Source of the DNA: Naegleria gruberi
Taxonomy: Eukaryota
Direction: 5' to 3' (one strand)
Length of the DNA stretch: 18,311 bases
Assembly: GCA_000004985.1 (NCBI GenBank)
Contig: GG738961.1
Position 1 is the first letter of the stretch. Each line of letters begins with the position of its first letter. Both the position numbers and the translations under genes were made by a program. The notes under the pieces were generated by a model, which worked only from the letters and a program-made list of their open reading frames with translations, was not told the origin of the DNA and ran no database searches. Of the stretch, positions 1 to 9,240 are shown one piece after another.

Positions 1-242
1 GAAAGACTGAACACCTCACATTCGTTCCATTATTTAATGCTCATGAATTAATTGGAGATTTCGGAAGAAAACCAGATGAAATTGTAGATTTGGCAGTAAT
101 GAAAGGAAATGATTTATATTGTGGAATGATTATGTGTAGAGAAGGAATTCAAAAAGGAATAATTGAAATGGAAAATTATTTACGGAGATTTGCTGTGCAC
201 AATGGAGCCATGACTTTGAGTGATGTCACTTTGCATTTCTAA
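1..242 (+). CDS. C-terminal ~79 codons of an unidentified protein-coding gene; the 5' part lies outside the window
   Basis: Frame 3 is open from position 3 to the TAA at 240-242. It translates as ...FVPLFNAHELIGDFGRKPDEIVDLAVMKGNDLYCGMIMCREGIQKGIIEMENYLRRFAVHNGAMTLSDVTLHF*. Codon usage matches the other genes here (AGA, CAA, GGA, GAA). A single clean stop is followed by AT-rich 3' flank. I do not recognise the family. Confidence 0.45.
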   Translation, partial: KTEHLTFVPLFNAHELIGDFGRKPDEIVDLAVMKGNDLYCGMIMCREGIQKGIIEMENYLRRFAVHNGAMTLSDVTLHF

Positions 243-732
243 TAATTTTAGTACGTCATTCTGTAATCTCCAAAATATTCAAAATCCATCTCGTTTTAAT
301 AAATTCCTCACAAAATGAAACTCTTTTGTAAAGTTGTAACTGCCAATGTTCTGTTTATTGTGAATTTTGGAAGTTTGACAATCTTCTTTTATCCATGTTC
401 ACTCGTAGTAACCATCGGTAAAGAAATGAGCTATGTTAAGTTTCGGTTCAGTGTTTGAGTTGATAATAATTTGCAATTTAAACAAGAGACAATAAACCTG
501 GTCTTTATTATTCTAAATTACACTAATTCAAAGTTTATTCTAGAATTGCAAACTTCATTTCCCTGTGCATTGGAACTCTTCGTAATTGCAATGAAACAAA
601 TGAAAGAGGTAGTAACTTTCGAACAATGAACTTGCTATTCTCCACAAGTTTAAATCAAACCTCCGTTCAGTTCGTATCCAAACAAAATCAAAAAAAACAG
701 AAACTTTAATTATAACCTACCATATCAAAATA

Positions 733-1873
733 ATGGATCTCTACATTCCTTCTGATTTAAACAATTGTGATGATGATTTTTGTGACGAAATGTTGCCAGT
801 TGAAGAAAAATTAGAAAGAAGAATGGATGAATTGACAATTTTAGATGGTGATGCATTTGTCTCAAACACAACAAGCAATTCCCAAACAACAGGTGCTTGG
901 ATTCGTGCTAAACATTTGGAAGAAGAAGGTTATGATCAAGAATTGGTTGACCACAGTGAAAATTTTGTCGATTTGGTTATTGTAATGGATTGTACTGGAT
1001 CAATGTCTGGTGAAATTGAAGTTGCCAAACGAACTGTCACTACTATCATCTCAACACTTCATGAAAAGTTTCAATCTGATTTGAGATTTTCAGCTGTCAG
1101 TTATAGAGATCACACTGATGATTATGCAGTTAAGGAATTCCCATTTACAAAGGATTTAAATAAGGCAAAGGGTTATATCAATACAATGTCAGCTCAAGGT
1201 GGAGGTGATCATCCAGAAGCTTTGGCATCAGCTCTCTATGTCATTAATGAAATGCCATTTAATAAGAAGGGAAAGAAGATTGTTGTTTGGGTTGCTGATG
1301 CTCCTCCACATGGAATGAAATGTTATTGATTGGATCAAATTGGGATCTGCTCTCCAGGAGAAGAATGTTGTCTTTTATGGAATTTTGTGTGAAAGAGCAA
1401 AGGATGATCAACAATTGACCTTGTTTATGGATTTTTTGACAACTAAAACTGATGGTAAATGTTTACTCTTAACAGATGCTAATAAGATTCCAAATTTGGT
1501 GATTAATGGTTGTGTGGAAGATGAAGATATGGACAATCTTGTTGCAAAGAAAATTAAAGAATTGGGAGAAGAGAAGGTCAATAATTTGGGAATGGATGAT
1601 TTACTTAAACTTATTCACAATGAAACATCCTCTGAAAAGGTTGCCCAAGTTAAAACCTTTGAAATTGCCTCAACCAGAACTAAGAATTTGATGCAATATT
1701 CAACCTTATCTGATATGCAATGTGATGATTTTGTTTCAGCTCAGAATGTCATGACTAGAAATGATGATTGTGAGGCAGAGAGCGATTCATTTGATGATTA
1801 TGGAGGTGTTTACTACAAAGCACCAACAATGGAAAAGGTGGCAAAGGCCTATTCCAGAAATTTGAGAAAGTAA
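733..1873 (+). CDS. von Willebrand factor type A (vWA) domain protein. It is coded in two overlapping frames (733-1329 and 1319-1873) that need a +1 shift near 1320-1327, so it is a frameshifted gene, a pseudogene or an assembly error
   Basis: The ATG at 733 sits in an A-rich context (caaaataATGg). ORF1 carries vWA hallmarks: a hydrophobic beta strand plus a MIDAS-like DxTGSM (DLVIVMDCTGSMSGEI), then FSAVSYRDH, GGGDHPEALASAL and KIVVWVADAPPHG. The frame-1 stop is a TGA at 1327-1329. Frame 2 is open from 1319 (NVIDWIKLGSALQEKNVVFYGILCERAKDDQQL...) to the TAA at 1871-1873, with the same codon bias and a charged C-terminus. No canonical intron reconciles the frames: the only GT is at 1322, and the AGs at 1356, 1359 and 1362 give 36, 39 and 42 nt introns that read t+ga. 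Removing one T in tgttattga would fuse the frames into a ~375 aa product. Confidence 0.65.
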
Positions 1874-1901
1874 TTTTGCATTTTTGTAAATAGTGTACAT
1901 A

Positions 1902-1907
1902 AATAAA
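1902..1907 (+). promoter_or_regulatory. candidate AATAAA polyadenylation signal for the vWA gene
   Basis: An AATAAA hexamer lies ~30 nt downstream of the TAA stop at 1871-1873. The region is AT-rich, so chance occurrence is likely. Confidence 0.2.
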
Positions 1908-1954
1908 TAGAATTTCGAGAATATTTATTAAACTATAGGATAGGCATTCTAATT

Positions 1955-2693
1955 GGGTTTGGTTAGGATTCAGAGTTGATTTATTTGGGTTATTTAAGAG
2001 ATTACTTAGTGAAGATTCATATCATTGATTATATTTCTTATCGTCTATAAATGATGTAAATTTGATGGTTTCATTTCTTGTATTGATAGATATTTAAAGG
2101 TCAGGTCAGTACTAACTTTTGAATTATGGACTTTGAGAAGTCAAATGTTTGGGACGTGAATCTACTCATTAGATTGAATAGGTTTTGCTAATAAAAGAAC
2201 ATTTCATTGATTTATTGATTATAACGGTCAAATTGAGTTGAATGGAAGTGAATCTAATGTTGATTCATCGTGGATGGGTAGTTTCGCCACGAAGTGGTGC
2301 AACTACCAACCTTTGTAGATTGAATCAGGTTGATTTTCATGCAATATGAAATATAGCATTATCAAGAGTGTGATTGTTCACCAATTCAATGATCAATATT
2401 CAATAATCGGTTTGATTTCAATCAATAGCTTGATCATCAAGCTTTGATTTAATATTCCAGTAATCAACGGCAGTCTATTTTTAAATTTAATCAAAGACCA
2501 TATATAGTATCTAGACTTTTATGAAACTATCTAGATGTGTTCTATATTGAATAATATATTTGAAAATGAGAAGAATTAACTCTTCTATTGAGTTTTATTG
2601 GTATTGCAAGGTATTTCGATTATAATAATCTACACAGAAATCACACTTGAAATATAAACTGTATTACAATGTATGAGAAACATAACGGTGGGG
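1955..2693. repeat. subtelomeric repeat family, copy A (739 bp visible, truncated by the gap at 2694)
   Basis: It starts with GGGTTTGGTTAGGATTCAGAGTTGATTTATTTGGG. It is co-linear and ~95% identical by eye with 9241-9968 (copy B) and 12797-13560 (copy C). The shared internal landmarks are: gtcaggtcagtactaac, caatagcttgatcatcaagctttga (a palindromic core) and ctacacagaaatcacacttgaaatataaactgta. Confidence 0.8.
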
Positions 2694-3023
2694 NNNNNNN
2701 NNNNNNNNNNNNNNNNNNNNNNNNNNNNNNNNNNNNNNNNNNNNNNNNNNNNNNNNNNNNNNNNNNNNNNNNNNNNNNNNNNNNNNNNNNNNNNNNNNNN
2801 NNNNNNNNNNNNNNNNNNNNNNNNNNNNNNNNNNNNNNNNNNNNNNNNNNNNNNNNNNNNNNNNNNNNNNNNNNNNNNNNNNNNNNNNNNNNNNNNNNNN
2901 NNNNNNNNNNNNNNNNNNNNNNNNNNNNNNNNNNNNNNNNNNNNNNNNNNNNNNNNNNNNNNNNNNNNNNNNNNNNNNNNNNNNNNNNNNNNNNNNNNNN
3001 NNNNNNNNNNNNNNNNNNNNNNN
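2694..3023. other. assembly gap (330 N), with a further single N at 3037
   Basis: Run of n characters. Confidence 0.97.
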
Positions 3024-3703
3024 AATTCATATGGTANATATGGAAATATTCTATAATTACTTTTCAAGGCAATTTTGCAAAATTCCAAATTAGATTTTAA
3101 ATTTTCAGATAAATATCTAAATGATGTTTCTGAATTTTTAATTGAATTCAGTGCTATACCCTTGTTATTCTTAACGTCTTCATTTGTAACGTATTTCATC
3201 AATGATCCATTTATAGAAAGTGCCATATTACACAATTCAATGTCAGATCTCAATTCTTGTGATGCAAATTCAAATGCTTGAACATTACTTTGCAATGCTA
3301 TTTTAACTAATTCTCTATCATTTTGATAATTTGGAAAATATTTCAATAAATTTCCATTTCTAGAAAGTATAATTTTCATAATATTGCTGTTACTGGTCAA
3401 TAGTTTGGATTGATATTTAATTAATTGATAAGTTAACATTTTAATATTGTAATCACTAGAATTTTTCAAACTTGTTTCAATTAACTCTTCATCATTTAAA
3501 ATTTTATCATATTCACTCTCCGGAAATTTTTCATAATTGATCAATAATTCATCTCCATCTTTTTTTACAATTTCCAATCTTTCACTTTGAAGTGTATTTA
3601 AAGTGAATTTACTTGATGAAAAACGAGCCAATGATGATGAACTGAAGAGCTGTGGTTTTATCAATTTGTGTGTTAAAACACCAAGCTTGACAAGTTGTTT
3701 CAT
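3024..3703 (-). CDS. DUF4116-like repeat protein with an N-terminal mitochondrial-presequence-like segment; partial, with the 3' end lost in the gap
   Basis: On the minus strand the ATG at 3703-3701 sits in caaaaaaaaATGaaa context. About 226 codons are open down to the gap with no stop seen. Tandem ~30-aa units (LKYFPNYQNDRELVKIALQSNVQAFEFASQELRSDIELCNMALSINGSLMKYVTNEDVKNNKGIALNSIKNSETSFRYLSENLKSNLEFCKIALKSN) fit the DUF4116 aL.yas.eL.nd.e.v..A...ng pattern. This is from memory and not searched. The first 41 residues (MKQLVKLGVLTHKLIKPQLFSSSSLARFSSSKFTLNTLQSE) are basic and hydroxylated with no acidic residue. Confidence 0.55.
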
Positions 3704-3734
3704 TTTTTTTTGATTGGTAAAGCTTTGTTCATAT

Positions 3735-4030
3735 CAAGTTCTGGTTCCGATCACAAGCCTGTCCAACCTTGTATGCTTCTAGTTGAACTACTGGTGTTGT
3801 TTTGGACTCTGGTGATGGTGCCTGCCACTGTTCCAATTTATGAAGGTTATGCTTTGCCACACTCTTCATCCAAACATTCATCATCCTCAAAATGACCATT
3901 ATCAACAGATGATAAAGTGTGGAGATTGCAGCATTGCCAAATACAATTCCGACACTTCTTGGTAGTTGCCAGCTGGCAGGTTGGGACAAGTGGCCTTAAT
4001 AGATTTAAGAGTGTTGTCAGGTCCCGCCAA
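3735..4030. other. GC-rich island (~45-50% GC against ~30% background) of unknown nature: ncRNA, internal exon or insertion
   Basis: Composition shifts abruptly (gttctggttccgatcacaagcctgtccaacc ... gtcaggtcccgccaattccc). The overlapping ORFs on both strands (3695-3895 + and 3729-3989 -) start only at TTG, with no in-frame ATG. The block ends 25 nt upstream of the DUF4116 gene's ATG on the minus strand. Confidence 0.3.
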
Positions 4031-4576
4031 TTCCCTTTGTAAAATAAAAGGCTATTTTTACCTTAAAATCGATGTAGTTTTGAACTAATATGAATTGGAT
4101 GAATCGACTAGTACGTATTTATTTAAGGCTGTGATATTCCGATCATCATCATCATTATTATAGTTGGTTAACAGGACGATTTATCATCATCAACAACAAA
4201 AACAAGAACAGCTTCCGAATCAGATCAAACCACAGAGGGTAGGAAGTTGCAACTCTGCTATCAAAGGTCCTGGTGTTTTTTGCTTGCTAACTTTGACGAC
4301 ACGTTTGTACCCTCATTGTTGCACAAATACCACTCTCAATTGCTTAAATGTTAGTATCATGATTAATTAATTATTAAGACTTGTTCTCTTTTCAGAAATA
4401 CATCTCTTCAATAATAACACACTGTAAGTAGTAAATGAGAATATCATCATGACTAATATATCAGAATTTAAACGATCTATTTTAATTGGTAAAGTGTAGA
4501 TTTATTTCAATCTGAATGAAGGTTTTCTTGAACAATTTTCTAATAACAATAATATAACAATAACAGTAAAGTGACC

Positions 4577-5025
4577 ATGATAAAGGAGTGGAACTCTTTT
4601 GTAAGTATAATATCACTCAACATTTAATAATCAAAGAGGTCGCAGCAGTTTAAGTATTTCAGATTATGTAACAATGTAATGAATTGATTCATTTAAGGTA
4701 GGTTTATCATTATCAAGAAAATTGTTCAAAAGAACAGCATACTCAAACTTATCTTTTACATTGGACTAATGTCCCATCAACCAAGAAGACTTATGAATTT
4801 CCTGAAAGTGGAAATGTAGAAATTATTTATATTTATCACGATGAGCTCTTTTCAAATATTCAAATTGTGACAAAAGACACTGTTATTCCAATTACTATTC
4901 CAATTAAATTACAAATATCGAATGTGGATATCCCAAAACAATTACCACAAACACTCTCATTAAGTGACTCGGTCTTTCCACAGGAAAGAGTTTCGCTGAA
5001 AAATGTTTCCTGGAAATTCCAGTAA
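4577..5025 (+). CDS. candidate spliced protein-coding gene of uncertain structure. The ATG at 4577 plus 7 codons is followed by a canonical 62-nt intron (4601-4662). A 107-codon ATG-less ORF (4702-5025) lies downstream
   Basis: A textbook donor (ttttGTAAGTat at 4601) pairs with an acceptor (agtatttcAG at 4661-4662). Further donor and acceptor pairs lie at 4350/4394-4395 (aatGTTAGT ... ctcttttcAG) and 4424/4463-4464 (actGTAAGT ... atatcAG). The 4702-5025 ORF reads VYHYQENCSKEQHTQTYLLHWTNVPSTKKTYEFPESGNVEIIYIYHDELFSNIQIVTKDTVIPITIPIKLQISNVDIPKQLPQTLSLSDSVFPQERVSLKNVSWKFQ*. I could not assemble a consistent exon chain by hand. Confidence 0.2.
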
Positions 5026-5745
5026 ACAATATTGATTCATCCAAATATCCAAAAACTATTATTCGGAGTGTTGTTGATGAAGTATTTGAATGGTACTATT
5101 CGAAGAAAGTTTGGTTGATGATGAAGTACATGTTGAAATATGGTCAATGTATATTTTGAATATATACATGTACCTATCTTGATGAAAACAAAATTCCAAT
5201 CTATGAAACTCGAATATGTATTGCTATATACTATTACAAATAATCCCACATTTGAATTTCTGATAATGGTCCAGTACATCGGAAGATATTGGCCAATTAG
5301 TGAAAAATAACTTTTGTCAAAATAATACTATTCTCAAATTAAAGTCTACAAATACTATTGTTATAATGATGGTAAAAATTAATGATGATGGTTGGTGTGT
5401 GTTCTGATGATGATTCACCAACTTGAATTTTTCCAATATCAAAATTACTATCTAATTCCATAACGATAAACTTCCACATAAAACTACTATTTTTACTATT
5501 ATATTGATGATGTATAGATGATGTATAGATGATGAGGTTCAATTCTTGGAGTGGGAAGATGAAGAACCACTCCGAAAATAAGCTACTCATAAAATTGATA
5601 TTTTTTATGAATGCAAGATACTTCTTTGTTGAGGTCGCTGTGAATATTCTTTCGATGTCTTTGAGGTTCAAAACTGTGCAATTAGCTTCGGACTCAAAAC
5701 AATTAAGGAAGTATTGCTTCCATTTTTATTTTGCTTTACTGGATT

Positions 5746-5783
5746 TTCCAGGAAAGATTTCTTTAGGAAACTCTTTCCTGGAA
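5746..5783. repeat. perfect 12-bp inverted repeat (TTCCAGGAAAGA ... TCTTTCCTGGAA) with a 14-nt spacer. It is a hairpin in the 3' flank of the minus-strand gene
   Basis: The arms lie at 5746-5757 and 5772-5783 and are exact reverse complements. The hairpin lies 64-101 nt beyond the stop of the 5847-6329 minus-strand CDS. Confidence 0.5.
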
Positions 5784-5846
5784 TACCCCAGCCAGAAATC
5801 TTTCCGGCCACACTTGTCGTTATCTTTAGCAACCATTTTTACTATT

Positions 5847-6329
5847 TTACAACAAACTTTTTGCCTCTGTTGCTAACACCACAAAGTCGTCCAGGGTCTG
5901 TGGTGGCGTATTGCCTCCGGCAAGTTGCGCTAATTGGGCAAACATCATCAATCCTCTGACTTTGTCTGACCTATTGGCACAAGTGTTTGCTAAGCTGAAA
6001 ATATCATTGAACTCAGACTCAATAGTTTGGAAGAACTCAATGAAATCCATTCCCGTTATGTACATTGGATCAATATTTGTTTTTGTTGAGAATTGATACA
6101 AGAAAAAGAATGGATCGGTAGTTAAAATTTGTGCAATTTCCTCATCACTAAGTGGGCTTACAATATTTTTAACGCTTTCTTTGAAGTTGTGATTTAGGAT
6201 TGTTAATTCTGTCACTGTATCAACCAAAGGCATATCAAACTTATCCATTTGTTTTAGTATTTCACAATAGACAAGAAGAGCCTCCTTTTTCGTAGCTCGG
6301 ATAGAGAGTACAAGAATTGTATCAAACAT
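5847..6329 (-). CDS. hypothetical protein, probably the terminal exon of a larger minus-strand gene
   Basis: The minus-strand ORF runs from the ATG at 6329-6327 (MFDTILVLSIRATKKEALLVYCEILKQMDKF...LAQLAGGNTPPQTLDDFVVLATEAKSLL*) to the stop at 5849-5847. The same frame stays open a further ~100 nt upstream (ENGVLYPKLNIHIRHTRGFLLGHTTPDWLSVRLLSD) to a TAA near 6433 with no in-frame ATG, so an upstream exon is likely. The residue composition is protein-like. I do not recognise the family. Confidence 0.45.
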   Translation of the reverse strand: MFDTILVLSIRATKKEALLVYCEILKQMDKFDMPLVDTVTELTILNHNFKESVKNIVSPLSDEEIAQILTTDPFFFLYQFSTKTNIDPMYITGMDFIEFFQTIESEFNDIFSLANTCANRSDKVRGLMMFAQLAQLAGGNTPPQTLDDFVVLATEAKSLL

Positions 6330-6578
6330 ATCTGACAACAGTCGCACAGATAACCAATCTGGAGTGGTGTGACCAAGAAGGAAGCCTCTCGTGTGTCTGA
6401 TGTGAATGTTCAGTTTGGGATATAAAACACCATTTTCTTAGTAGTACCGTTTGGTGGTTTAGTGTGTTTCTCGATCTAAATTCGAGTTTGAATATAATTT
6501 TTGTACATATTCACAATTTATTTTGTTGTTATATGAGAATTGATTTTTTGTATTTTATTTTTTTGATAAATTATTGGG

Positions 6579-6581
<3 letters not shown>

Positions 6582-6609
<28 letters not shown>
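6582..6609. repeat. (AT)14 dinucleotide microsatellite
   Basis: It reads atatatatatatatatatatatatatat. Confidence 0.95.
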
Positions 6610-6612
<3 letters not shown>

Positions 6613-6922
6613 AACAAAAATTATATTTATCTATGTTAGAAAAATCATTTCCCTTTTATTCTTCATCATGCTCCTCCTCATGTTTTTTACACATCCTGTC
6701 TTTATCAAATCCCATTCTCACTACATCCTTTTCATCATAATTCCTCGCAAATTCATTTATCTGTTCAGATTACATTTATTTACCCCTTAAAAGTGATTTT
6801 CCATTCTTCATTTTACATGATATTTTCGGTGATTTCTTGGTAAGAACTCTTTATTAGTAGACTTTTTGTATTTCATTTTTTTCTGTCAACAGGTTTCACA
6901 TATTATAAACAACAAAAGGTTT

Positions 6923-9214
6923 NNNNNNNNNNNNNNNNNNNNNNNNNNNNNNNNNNNNNNNNNNNNNNNNNNNNNNNNNNNNNNNNNNNNNNNNNNNNNN
7001 NNNNNNNNNNNNNNNNNNNNNNNNNNNNNNNNNNNNNNNNNNNNNNNNNNNNNNNNNNNNNNNNNNNNNNNNNNNNNNNNNNNNNNNNNNNNNNNNNNNN
7101 NNNNNNNNNNNNNNNNNNNNNNNNNNNNNNNNNNNNNNNNNNNNNNNNNNNNNNNNNNNNNNNNNNNNNNNNNNNNNNNNNNNNNNNNNNNNNNNNNNNN
7201 NNNNNNNNNNNNNNNNNNNNNNNNNNNNNNNNNNNNNNNNNNNNNNNNNNNNNNNNNNNNNNNNNNNNNNNNNNNNNNNNNNNNNNNNNNNNNNNNNNNN
7301 NNNNNNNNNNNNNNNNNNNNNNNNNNNNNNNNNNNNNNNNNNNNNNNNNNNNNNNNNNNNNNNNNNNNNNNNNNNNNNNNNNNNNNNNNNNNNNNNNNNN
7401 NNNNNNNNNNNNNNNNNNNNNNNNNNNNNNNNNNNNNNNNNNNNNNNNNNNNNNNNNNNNNNNNNNNNNNNNNNNNNNNNNNNNNNNNNNNNNNNNNNNN
7501 NNNNNNNNNNNNNNNNNNNNNNNNNNNNNNNNNNNNNNNNNNNNNNNNNNNNNNNNNNNNNNNNNNNNNNNNNNNNNNNNNNNNNNNNNNNNNNNNNNNN
7601 NNNNNNNNNNNNNNNNNNNNNNNNNNNNNNNNNNNNNNNNNNNNNNNNNNNNNNNNNNNNNNNNNNNNNNNNNNNNNNNNNNNNNNNNNNNNNNNNNNNN
7701 NNNNNNNNNNNNNNNNNNNNNNNNNNNNNNNNNNNNNNNNNNNNNNNNNNNNNNNNNNNNNNNNNNNNNNNNNNNNNNNNNNNNNNNNNNNNNNNNNNNN
7801 NNNNNNNNNNNNNNNNNNNNNNNNNNNNNNNNNNNNNNNNNNNNNNNNNNNNNNNNNNNNNNNNNNNNNNNNNNNNNNNNNNNNNNNNNNNNNNNNNNNN
7901 NNNNNNNNNNNNNNNNNNNNNNNNNNNNNNNNNNNNNNNNNNNNNNNNNNNNNNNNNNNNNNNNNNNNNNNNNNNNNNNNNNNNNNNNNNNNNNNNNNNN
8001 NNNNNNNNNNNNNNNNNNNNNNNNNNNNNNNNNNNNNNNNNNNNNNNNNNNNNNNNNNNNNNNNNNNNNNNNNNNNNNNNNNNNNNNNNNNNNNNNNNNN
8101 NNNNNNNNNNNNNNNNNNNNNNNNNNNNNNNNNNNNNNNNNNNNNNNNNNNNNNNNNNNNNNNNNNNNNNNNNNNNNNNNNNNNNNNNNNNNNNNNNNNN
8201 NNNNNNNNNNNNNNNNNNNNNNNNNNNNNNNNNNNNNNNNNNNNNNNNNNNNNNNNNNNNNNNNNNNNNNNNNNNNNNNNNNNNNNNNNNNNNNNNNNNN
8301 NNNNNNNNNNNNNNNNNNNNNNNNNNNNNNNNNNNNNNNNNNNNNNNNNNNNNNNNNNNNNNNNNNNNNNNNNNNNNNNNNNNNNNNNNNNNNNNNNNNN
8401 NNNNNNNNNNNNNNNNNNNNNNNNNNNNNNNNNNNNNNNNNNNNNNNNNNNNNNNNNNNNNNNNNNNNNNNNNNNNNNNNNNNNNNNNNNNNNNNNNNNN
8501 NNNNNNNNNNNNNNNNNNNNNNNNNNNNNNNNNNNNNNNNNNNNNNNNNNNNNNNNNNNNNNNNNNNNNNNNNNNNNNNNNNNNNNNNNNNNNNNNNNNN
8601 NNNNNNNNNNNNNNNNNNNNNNNNNNNNNNNNNNNNNNNNNNNNNNNNNNNNNNNNNNNNNNNNNNNNNNNNNNNNNNNNNNNNNNNNNNNNNNNNNNNN
8701 NNNNNNNNNNNNNNNNNNNNNNNNNNNNNNNNNNNNNNNNNNNNNNNNNNNNNNNNNNNNNNNNNNNNNNNNNNNNNNNNNNNNNNNNNNNNNNNNNNNN
8801 NNNNNNNNNNNNNNNNNNNNNNNNNNNNNNNNNNNNNNNNNNNNNNNNNNNNNNNNNNNNNNNNNNNNNNNNNNNNNNNNNNNNNNNNNNNNNNNNNNNN
8901 NNNNNNNNNNNNNNNNNNNNNNNNNNNNNNNNNNNNNNNNNNNNNNNNNNNNNNNNNNNNNNNNNNNNNNNNNNNNNNNNNNNNNNNNNNNNNNNNNNNN
9001 NNNNNNNNNNNNNNNNNNNNNNNNNNNNNNNNNNNNNNNNNNNNNNNNNNNNNNNNNNNNNNNNNNNNNNNNNNNNNNNNNNNNNNNNNNNNNNNNNNNN
9101 NNNNNNNNNNNNNNNNNNNNNNNNNNNNNNNNNNNNNNNNNNNNNNNNNNNNNNNNNNNNNNNNNNNNNNNNNNNNNNNNNNNNNNNNNNNNNNNNNNNN
9201 NNNNNNNNNNNNNN
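6923..9214. other. assembly gap (2292 N)
   Basis: Run of n characters. An exon-like start (ATG at 6817, GTAAGA donor at 6840, caacAG acceptor at 6891-6892) runs into it. Confidence 0.97.
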
Positions 9215-9240
9215 CGAAAAATTATCCAATCATCCAGGCT

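Noticed and set aside
315-461. 48-aa hydrophobic small ORF (MKLFCKVVTANVLFIVNFGSLTIFFYPCSLVVTIGKEMSYVKFRFSV) in the intergenic region upstream of the vWA gene, with a good caaaATGa context
   Set aside because: It is below any reliable length threshold. An open run of 48 codons is not rare in 18 kb of ~70% AT sequence, and no supporting signal is present. It may be worth a look only if RNA-seq or ribosome profiling data exist.
1322-1363. Small intron to reconcile the two vWA reading frames
   Set aside because: The only GT donor in the junction is at 1322. The AGs at 1356-1357, 1359-1360 and 1362-1363 give introns of 36, 39 and 42 nt. All are multiples of 3, and each junction codon reads t+ga. 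No GT...AG pair gives the required length, which must be 1 mod 3.
318-4612. 13-nt identity (aactcttttgtaa) between 318-340 and 4590-4612, both just after an ATG
   Set aside because: It is a single short exact match in AT-rich sequence with no extended similarity on either side. Chance is the most likely explanation.
5506-5527. 11-bp tandem duplication gatgatgtata x2
   Set aside because: It is a trivial slippage-type duplication in non-coding DNA with no further structure.
5339-6096. ORFs 5339-5671 (-), 5529-5876 (+), 5714-5959 (+) and 5911-6096 (+)
   Set aside because: They overlap, or lie antisense to, the better-supported minus-strand CDS at 5847-6329. They are low-complexity or start at non-ATG codons, and are most likely spurious.
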